Notes under the pieces: generated by a model
The model's input: only the letters and a program-made list of their open reading frames with translations
What the model was told of the DNA's origin: nothing
Databases searched by the model: none
NCBI GenBank assembly: GCA_951406725.2
Contig: OX597824.1
Span: 14,570,001 to 14,634,000, forward strand
Reading direction: 5' to 3'
Length of the DNA: 64,000 bases
Origin: Octopus vulgaris
Taxonomy: Eukaryota
Part shown: one piece after another, positions 39,072 through 48,750 of the stretch
Layout: each line of letters opens with the position of its first letter
Position numbering within the stretch: the first letter of the stretch is position 1
Translations under genes and position numbers: made by a program

Positions 39072-39449
39072 AATTGGTATAACTCAGAAAAATCAAACAC
39101 TGCAAGTTTTATGTTTATGCCAATTTATTGTAGATTGAGTTTAGCATTTATTTCAGTTCAATGTGACCATCATTTGCTTTTTTTACCAGTTCAATCCCTT
39201 TACAAAATGAATGCACATGCCTTAACTATTTCTTTCTTTTTTCATTTTACTGAATGCTCGCTTGATTGAAGCCTTCATTGAAGACACATAGTTGTGTTAG
39301 ATATTGCTTCAGCTGCGCCATGCTCCAGCATGGCCACAGCCAAATGACTGAAACAAGCAAAAGAGTATAACTATTTTGCTGATGTTATTGAGCTGTGGAA
39401 GCTTCTTTTTGCTTACTAGACAGGTTCTTCAGTTTCAGAACTAACTTAC

Positions 39450-39555
39450 TTGTATGCTTATCAAAAGATCAAGCAATGCATTAAAGCCATTGCAGAAGCT
39501 TTTCTTCAATTGGTCTGTCCACTCTTCAGCACTTGGTTTACATAGCAATGCATAT
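39450..39555 (-). CDS. UBR2: UBR1/2 exon (106 nt)
   Basis: YALLCKPSAEEWTDQLKKSFCNGFNALLDLLISIQ; phase 2-0. Confidence 0.93.
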
Positions 39556-40234
39556 CTGAAATGTATGATAATGTATACAATATTAAAACTGCTAAATATA
39601 TATATATAAAGGAATGAGCCCCAAACATAATTAAATGGAAGCTCCTTGAACAACCAGGGACTCATATAAACAAGAGCAAACGATGTAAGCTTTAATTGGC
39701 AGAGAGCAAAAGAAGACTAAAAAAATTCGCTTGACCTGGAGACCTTTTTAAACTCCAAGAAAGAAGTATTCAGTCAATGCCCTCACCTAAAACATTCCCT
39801 ACTTCAGACTTGGAATTCTCCATTTGTTCAGTAGGCCAGCCACAGCTCATTTGAATATTACCACAGCCAAAGCCAGTGTAAAAGGGATAACTCCATCCCA
39901 TCACAGACAATTATTTTTTGTTTACAAAACCAATTGATTATTACATATTTCTTCCTCCAGTTGCAGAGAAGTTATGCACCTTCAGCTATATTTGAGTCTG
40001 ATGAGTCGCCTATACTGCTAAACATTTTATAGGTGCAAAACCAACGGTCATTCTTTGGCAGTGCGTAACTTTTTAAATATAAGTTCCCATCCACATATGA
40101 TATTAAATAAGTTCACAAGTCATATATCATAATATCAAATACAACTTATGAAATGTAAACTAACAATCTGCATATTAGAAGTAAATAATGAATATAATTA
40201 AATTTTGTCAGACTTGTGATTTAAATATAAAATA

Positions 40235-40465
40235 ACTCCAAAAAGTATTTCGTTTTTGTATTTGGTTTGCAAGATTCTTTATATGAGTCTGTGTGTTGAA
40301 GCATATTCTGTTGTGTTTGGGGAGAGACATTTTCTTTTTGTGCCTTATAATGTAACACACTCACTGGTAAAATTTCAATTTATAGAAAAATAGGAAATTT
40401 TACCGGTGAGTGTGTTACATTATAAGGCACAGAAAGAAAATGACTCTCCCCAGACACAACAGAAC
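40235..40465. mobile_element. Asymmetric hairpin repeat element
   Basis: ~70-bp inverted arms around a short AT spacer plus a one-sided extension; same family reversed at 54452-54677; single arm near 5318-5440. Confidence 0.75.
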
Positions 40466-41302
40466 TCAAACAAGGCTCCACTCTAGTGATTCAAGCACTC
40501 AAAATCCTCATCATTATCATCTATGTAAAGTAATTTAGGTGATGAGGCTACAGTGAACTTACTGATTAATTTACATAAAATCCACCCCATGCATATTTAC
40601 GTTTCACATATATTTAAGAATACTTGGATCCTTCTCCACAAAATAATAGGGGCAAACTGGCATTGGATAGAGTGTCTTGCAGTTTTTGATCTAGCTCCCT
40701 GCACCAGGAGTTCAAACCCCACTGAGGTCAACTGTGTTTCTGACCCCTTTTGGGGATCTATAAAGTACCTATTTCTTTACTACCCACAAGGGGCTAAACA
40801 CAGAGGGGACAAACAAGGACAAATGGATTAATTCGATTACATCGAACCCAGTGTGTAACTGGTACTTAATTTATTGACCCTGAAAGGATGAAAGGCAAAG
40901 TCGAACTTGGCAGAATTTGAACTCAGAACGTAACAGCAGACGAAATACCATTAAGCATTTCGCCCAGCATGCTCACATTTCTGCCAGCTCGCTGCTTTGG
41001 GGATCTATAAGGTACCACCTCTTGACTGGGATTGACTCTCCCACAGGAGGAAAATGACTGATCAGACCTGGAGAAGGATGGGTTCTGCTAAATCCAGAAA
41101 TGTCCAAAACACATCATGTCATGACAGTGCCCTTATACCTCTATCAAGAGTTCGATATGATATGGTTTCATTTATTGTCAGACCTCACAAAAACTTCTGG
41201 GGTTTTTTTTTTTTGCCTTTAATATTTTACAAACTTCTAATTTCCATATTTTGGAAGTTATCAAATCAAGTTAGCTTTACTCTATACACAAGAGCTACTT
41301 AC

Positions 41303-41381
41303 TTTAGATCATATAGTATAAACCAAGCTCTCTTAAACGAGTTGCCATTTTCACTTCTTCCAAATGATAATTTTCCTCTCT
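41303..41381 (-). CDS. UBR2: UBR1/2 exon (79 nt)
   Basis: RGKLSFGRSENGNSFKRAWFILYDLK; phase 1-2. Confidence 0.9.
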
Positions 41382-41666
41382 CTGCAACACAAATGAAAAC
41401 ATTAAAAATTAACTCAAAATTAAACCATTAACTTTGATAAGTTAATCACAACATAAATATTAATCAAATTCAGTAACATAAACGAATATTAAACACCAAT
41501 GCAATTAGTTAAAGAAACAGTATTAAATAAACAAAAGGTTACTGGATACTAGTTTTGAAAAGTGTTTGCAATGAAAGTTTTAAAAATGTACTTCAGGTAC
41601 AAGGAGGGGTAAACAGTTTTTTTTTTTCAACCATTCAGTAGCAAAGAGAAATAATCCTATAGATTT

Positions 41667-42205
41667 GGATTTAAATTAAATAATCCATTGGATTTAAACT
41701 GAATAATCCATTGGATCTAAAATGAATAATCCATTGGATCTAAACTGAATAATCCATTGGATCTAAACTGAATAATCCATTGGATTTAAACTGAATAATC
41801 CATTGGATTTAAACTGAATAATCCAATTGATCTAAACTGAATAATCCAATTGATCTAAGCTGAATAATCCATTGGGTCTAAACTGAATAATCCAATTGAT
41901 CTCAGCTGAATAATCCATCGGGTCTAAACTGAATAATCCATTGGATTTAAACTGAATAATCCATTGGATTTAAATTGAATAATCCATTGGATTTAAACTG
42001 AATAATCCAATGGATCTAAGCTGAATAATCCAATTGATCTAAGCTGAATAATCCAATTGATCTAAGCTGAATAATCCATTGGGTCTAAACTGAATAATCC
42101 ATTGGGTCTCTAAACTGAATAATCCAATGGATTTAAACTGAATAATCCATTGGATTTAAATTGAATAATCCATTGGATTTAAACTGAATAATCCTATGGA
42201 TTTAA
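41667..42205. repeat. 23-bp intronic minisatellite, ~23 copies
   Basis: Unit ggat(t/c)taaactgaataatccatt; self-complementary ggatt/aatcc ends. Confidence 0.95.
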
Positions 42206-42255
42206 AGAGTTAATGAATAAGAAAGCAAATGGGAAGTGAGAGTAAAACAACTTAC

Positions 42256-42337
42256 TATTCTTTTTACTTTCACATTGTTTTAAGAAGGTCTGCAATATCA
42301 CTCCCAACAGGTTGTGTTCTGTGATCAGGAAACGAGC
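42256..42337 (-). CDS. UBR2: UBR1/2 exon (82 nt)
   Basis: ARFLITEHNLLGVILQTFLKQCESKKN; phase 0-1. Confidence 0.92.
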
Positions 42338-45300
42338 CTATTACAAGGACAAAATGGTAGCATAATAATAGTTTTGTAAAGTTGCATAAGAATTAGAATT
42401 CTTATTTAAACATAAACCTCAAATAACAAAACATAACTTCAATTAATCACTAATAATTTGATTTCTTTTAGTCTGCTCCAGCCATGCGAGATAAGGTTCC
42501 ACTTCACAGTTCAGTGATCACAAATGGCATCCAGCAATAAAAAAAAACTATTTCAATTAATTAATTCCTACAAATTCCACAATTTCTATAAATATCTTCG
42601 TAGAGATATTTACTGTGATAAAATTTAACAGGGAAATGGTATGGGATAAGAGGAGGACAGACTGACTGTCCATCTTACTGAGGAGGTTGATAAGGTAAGG
42701 AGTTAAATACTGGAGGCTAATTTAATTCACTGTGCATTATTCCTCTTTCAGCAATCAGTGACATTATGTCAAAGCTAGTAGTCTATGTAATGTTCTTGAA
42801 TAAATTGTAACTGATACAAAGGAAATAAAACCATAGCTATTATATAAACAAGTATTCAAAAAAAGATAATCAAATACATTTTTAATTACACCAATTATTT
42901 TGTAATAGAGGTTATAATGGATTTCATTTTAAAAGTTCTCAGTTAATGAGGATGCTATTTACCAAAAGATAAACTTCATCAAATAATATCTTTGACATTC
43001 TCTCATCATCGTTTAATGTCCGCTTTCCATGCTAGCATGGGTTGGACGATTTTGACTGAGGGCTGGCGAACCAGATGGCTGCACCAGGCTCCAATCTTGA
43101 TTTCGCAGAGTTTCTACAGCTGGATGCCTTCCTAATGCCAACCACTCCGAGAGTGTAGTGGGTGCTTTTTACGTGCCACTGGCACGGGGGCCAGTTAGGC
43201 GGTACTAGCAACGACCTATATCGAATCTTTTTACACATGCCACCAGCACAGCATATATTCACTTATTTGTATTTATGTCTGTTTTCCATACTTGCATGGG
43301 TTAGATAAATATGCTGTTAAGGCATTGTTTTACAGCCAAATGCTTTCTGTTACTAACCTTTACTTTTTTTACAATTAAGGGATCTCATATCCCACTGGGC
43401 TTTGAAGGCACAAATGATTTGTTGATAGAATAACTGACAACAACAATACACACACACACACTCACAGAGTAATTCAGAATGAATGGTAAAAAAAAAACAA
43501 AAATAATACAGGTGAGTGTTGTAATTAATATATTGTACAATACAGATATTCTTTTTTTGTATCACTCATTTTGAATTACCGTGTATATATATATATGCAC
43601 AGACAATAGTCTTTTTTTCAGTTTCCATGAATCAAATCCTCTCACAACAAGGTTTTAGTCAGCTGAGGACTGTAACATGACACCTGCTCAAGGTGCCATG
43701 CAGTGAGGCTGAAACCCAAACCATGTGGTTGGGAAGTGAATTTCTTAACCACACACCCATGCCTGTGCCCTAAATATGCAATAACACTGATAAGCAGTAC
43801 TTGGATGTCTATTAAGGACTTCCATAATTATATTTTATTAATCTCTCTCTCTCACATCTGGTATACGTATGTGTGAAAGACAGAGAGAGAATAACAAAAT
43901 ATAATAGTGAAAATATTTAACAGACACCCAAGTATTGCTCAACAATAGAAATACAAGATTAAAATAAGACTTTATAAATACTTTAAAAGAGGCAATACTT
44001 TAAAAATGAAGACCATTTAAAGTTATTCACAGGAATGCCAGATATAACACAGCTCCAACAGAGTTTCTACTTAACAAAAAAAAAGTTTTTTTTAATGATA
44101 ATTAATGAAGGGAAAGCTAATGAACCAGTGAATTTCATTTTTTTAATGCCTTAGACAGAGGGGGAAAGGCAACACCAACAGCCTTTCTCAGGGCTTCAGG
44201 GAATGGTGAAAAGAAAAGAGGAAGTTAATCAAAGGCCAAAGACTTGATACAATAATTGCAACTGAATGCATTCTACTGAAGACAGTGAACTGGCAACTCC
44301 AAGACTTCAGACATGCTGCTTATTTGAAGTTTAGCTCTGTGCAATTAAATTTCATGATTATTCCAGTAATGATGTTAAATATCGATCATCATCATCATCG
44401 TTTAATGTCTGCTTTCCATGCTGGCATGGGTTGGACGATTTGACTGAGGTCTGGCGAACCAGATGGCTGCACCAGGCTCCAATCTCATCTGGCAGAGTTT
44501 CTACAGCTGAATGCCCTTCCTAACGCCAACCATTCTAAAAGTATTGTGGGTGCTTTTATGTGCCACCGGCACGAGGGCCAATCAGGTGGTACTGGCAACG
44601 GCCACGCTCAAATGGTGCTTTTTATGTGCCACCTGCACAGGAGCCAGTCCAGCAGCACTGGCAATGACCTCGGTCGAATGTTTTTTCAGTAAGGTGACGC
44701 AGGTAACGATCACGCTCGAATGGTGTTTTTTACGTGCCACCAGCATGGAGGCCAGCTTGTTTGCTCTGGCAACAATCATGCATAAAACAGAATTGTTATT
44801 TCCTACAAGTCATGTTATCTCAACAAACTTGACATGTCTCATCATAAAAATAGTTTCAAACATGACATTCCTCAAGAAAAAATAAATTGGTATATAAAAT
44901 TGGTTTCTGAAGTTTAGGGAGTGGAAATATCTGATTTCTGCAGTAGAAGGGGTTAATAGCTCTTGCCACACTACAAAAAGCTTTTGTATAGCTGGTTCAA
45001 ATTCTTGCATACTGATTGTTCGTAACTTTTGGGATTAAAATACCTGCAACATTTGCTGTGAATTCATTAATTCTTCTGCAAAACCCTGATCTGTTGCAAA
45101 TAAGCAGCTCAAATGTCTTTTTCCAAACCTGTTTATCCATATCAGGAAGTAGGAATGTCAAGAAATATTCTGATGACATAACGATACTTCTCATTGGTTA
45201 CTATTTACCATCAGCCTATGGTAAGGTTCTATAAATAATAGTTTAATCCATTTTGAAATAAGAATTAACTTATAGTTGTCAAAATATTTTAACTTTTTAT

Positions 45301-45369
45301 TGACAAACTAACATGACCTATTTCAGATGGTCAGATGTTTAATATGTGAGTGAGTGAGTGTGTGTGTGT

Positions 45370-45408
<39 letters not shown>

Positions 45409-45410
<2 letters not shown>

Positions 45411-46262
45411 GGGTGCGTTGGGTAAATTGTCACATTTTATATTTTTAATTTTGCACATGCACACCGTTTGTTTTTGATTTTGTTGACTACACAATATAGT
45501 AGGGTCAGTTGGGCACTATCTGTAAGAAAAACAGCATCCTGATGCAATTCCCTTTGCCATGCTGTAATGCTTGGCATTCATGCCAGAAGCTCCAATATGA
45601 ACATTTCAGAGTGTTTGTGGTTCAATTTGAGGACATGTACTGAGAGTGATAAAAAAAAAATCAAACCTCCCATCAACATCATGGTGTTTGGAGTGATCAC
45701 TAGTGATGGCAACACTATGCCTCCATTCGCCTTCGCACAAGGCCTCACACTCAACATGGAAGCCTACATCAAGTGCCTGGTGGAGGTAGTACTGCCCTAG
45801 GCCAAGAGGGTGGCTGCTGGAAGACCTTGTCTAGCAACAGGACTCTGCACCATGCCACACAAACAGGAGAGCCTAGTCATGGCTGTCAGACAATTTCTGC
45901 GACCACATCAACCCTAACATCTGGCTGTCTAACTCGCTAGACTGCAACGCCTTGATTATTATATGTGGAGTGCAGTTGAGCATGAGATTAGCAAAACTCT
46001 TTGTAACACCAAAAATGAACTGAAGGCAAGGATTATGGAAGCATTCACCAACTTAAACAAGGAGACTGTCCAGAAGAGTTGCAGGAGATTCTAAAGTCTT
46101 TTGGAGGCCGTGGTTGAAGCCAATGGCGATTTTATTGAATAAATTTACTCTTTAGTATTTCAAGATATTTTTATGTAATTTTGGTAAATAGATCTTAAAA
46201 TGAGATGTCAGTTATTTTTTATTTATGCGCAATTTAGACAACAGTTTATTCACTGCACCCTG
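45409..46262 (+). mobile_element. Degenerate Tc1/mariner transposon, DD37D (maT) type
   Basis: cagggtgc...gcaccctg termini next to a TA repeat; IMVFGVITSDG..MPP, QQDSAPCH...DCNxLDYYMW with ~37-aa D-D spacing; stops and frameshifts. Confidence 0.85.
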
Positions 46263-46856
46263 TGTGTGTATGCTTCCCCTTTTTACTCTTCTACTTGTTT
46301 CAGTCATTTGACTGTGGCCATGCTGGAGCACTGCCTTTAGTCGAGCACATCGACCCCAGGACTTACTCTTTGTAAGCCTAGTACTTATTCTTTCGGTTTC
46401 CTTTGCCGAACTGCTAAGTTACAGGGACGTAAACACACCAGCATCGGTTGTCAAGCGATCTTGGGGAGACAAACACAGACACACAAACATATACATACAT
46501 ATATACGATGAGCTTCTTTCAGTTTCCGTCTACCAAATCCACTCACAAGGCTTTGGTTGGCCCGAGGCTATAGTAGCCACACAGTGGGACTGAACCTGGA
46601 AACATGTAGTTCGTAAGCCAGCTACTTACCACACAGCTACTCTTATGCCTATATATATATATATCAATAGTAATGTATTGCAAAATGTCTCAAATTATAC
46701 AACTACAAGAAACATTTCTCAGATCTTTTAATGATGACATCTGGCAGCATATATTTCTGTGATGGAAATGGAAATTAGTCTAAAAACATAGGTTTAGGTA
46801 ATTCCTTTAGATATGGAACACTGCTTAAGAATGAGACAGCAGTAGAAACAACCTAC

Positions 46857-46955
46857 CACCTTAGGAGCTGTGAAAATCTGAAGGGAATCAGAGATAATGG
46901 AAACCGATCGTAAATGATCATCCTTGATAAAGTTCTGCATAAGTTGAGCATAGTG
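46857..46955 (-). CDS. UBR2: UBR1/2 duplicated exon, copy B (99 nt, candidate mutually exclusive)
   Basis: tag|HYAQLMQNFIKDDHLRSVSIISDSLQIFTAPKV|gtaggt; phase 0-0; 16/33 aa identical to copy A; long polypyrimidine tract. Confidence 0.88.
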
Positions 46956-47005
46956 CTAAAATAAGAAACAAGAAAATCAAAAGAAACGGTAATAAAAAGG
47001 TTATT

Positions 47006-47081
47006 ACATGGCAGTATTTTGCATTTACATAATCAATTACAACATATAACGTAAATAACAGCCATAAATATCAACTTTACT
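47006..47081 (-). promoter_or_regulatory. 3' arm of putative intronic long-range RNA stem (pairs with 48554-48632)
   Basis: Plus strand acatggcagt...tgcatttacataatcaattacaa...taaataacagccataaatatcaacttta is collinear with the reverse complement of 48554-48632; ends 50 nt before the exon B acceptor. Confidence 0.65.
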
Positions 47082-48553
47082 TGGTCATCCTAACAATATA
47101 TAAACAGTTCTATCAAATGAGTTTAACTAAATTTTAAAATAGGTGAAAAGAGTACGTCGTTAGTGATATTTTTTTCATAGTTGAAAACAATTAGATATAA
47201 ACACGTTTAGCTAATTCAGTTTTTAACAATCTAAATTTCTTTTTGTGGATAAATGCTTCAGTAGGTTGTACTTTCAATAAAAAAAAAAAGAATTTAACTG
47301 TAAAGCAATACAACTATTTAAAACTACTGCAGGGGAGTATATCAAATTTGATAAATTTCTGTTTCATGGTTATCAATTGTATTAACAATTACAACAATTG
47401 CTATTAAATTAGCAAATATTTGCTTTAAAAACGATAAAACAAATAGTTATGCTATTATTATAAAGCAATTATTCATGCAACAATAGCATTTGGTGGTGCT
47501 GCCAAGGACAAACAATTTCTTTAAAAGAATTTCTATTGTTTCAGTTGTTTTGTTACTTATTTGGCTCAGAAAATTATAAGAAAGTATATTTTTTTTTAAA
47601 TAAATTTTAAGAAGTTTAACAAAAGCAAAAATGAAAATAAAAAAAAAATTTCTATATATGGAATATTCTCAGAGAAGCTTTGCAATACTGCATTTTAATT
47701 TTGATTTCATTTCTTTTTTTTTCTCCAGCATGTAGTTAAGCAAGCGCTAAAGATTGTTTAAAACAAGTAATAATTCAACCATTGAAACTTCCAGAAAACA
47801 ATGAAATCTTCATTAAAATATTACTGTAAATCAATGTCACATGTTAATTAATTTAGATAAAGGTAAGGCCAATTAGTGATATGCCTTTTTTCCCATCATT
47901 TTTAAAATGAAATGAAAAAGAACGGGGAGAAATGTTTGTAATAAGCAGAACACACTTCAGCTTTGTACACTTTCATTCAACTAAAAGATTTATGAAAACT
48001 GTCTTGTAATATTTGTTTAACCTGGTGTAATTTTTTTTTTTTTTAATTTTTTTTTAATGGTAGCTAACCATGTAGACCAATCAGCAAACAAGTATTGCAA
48101 CCAGTGCAATAGTGTGCAAACTATAAACAATATAGACACCAGGATTAAAACCAAGATACCTGCAATTCCTAAACGATTGCTTTCTCCGCTTAACAGTCAG
48201 TTGCAGCACCAATTTAAAGTTAGTTTTTAAGAAATGCTAGGAAACACTTAAAAGAAAATAAACTATATTGCATTACATAATTTGTTGCATTCAGCTACAA
48301 ATGAAACCTGTCTGAACACCAAGTTTATTTGAAAATTAAATATCTAACCAAGAATATCAATCTCATTCTATTTGTCAATATTGCTGAATCCTCAAAGAAT
48401 CCAACCAAGAATTTAAAGGATACCAAAAAGTAACATGTCATTTAAGTTCCTTGATAGGATCAGCACAATCGCTAGATGGACCTAATTATACCTACTTCTA
48501 TACTAGTGTGCAGGTTAATTAATTTCATGTAACATCAAGTCTAACTGAGGCAC

Positions 48554-48632
48554 AATAAAGTTGATGTTTGGCTGTGATTTATGCTCAGGTGTTTGAAATT
48601 GTTTATGCAATTGCACAGTAAAACTGCCATGT
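48554..48632 (-). promoter_or_regulatory. 5' arm of putative intronic long-range RNA stem (pairs with 47006-47081)
   Basis: Pre-mRNA ACAUGGCAGU...UGCAAUUGCAUAAACAAUUUCAA...UAAAUCACAGCCAAACAUCAACUUUA; starts at intron nt 20 after the exon A donor. Confidence 0.65.
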
Positions 48633-48651
48633 GCTTTCCTGATTAACATAC

Positions 48652-48750
48652 CAGACTGGTCAGAGTAAAGATTTGGACAGAAAGGGACACGACGGACACT
48701 TCATGGTCGTGGTCATCTTGTAAAAAGTCTTCCATCAGTTGAGAATATTT
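48652..48750 (-). CDS. UBR2: UBR1/2 duplicated exon, copy A (99 nt, candidate mutually exclusive)
   Basis: cag|KYSQLMEDFLQDDHDHEVSVVSLSVQIFTLTSL|gtatgt; phase 0-0. Confidence 0.94.

Noticed and set aside
36530-42205. Regular 23-24-bp arrays as CRISPR-like
   Set aside because: No unique spacers, eukaryotic intron context and no cas genes.
45044-45128. Possible third alternative exon (VWKKTFELLICNRSGF...)
   Set aside because: 85 nt, wrong phase, weak splice sites and no similarity to the duplicated exons.
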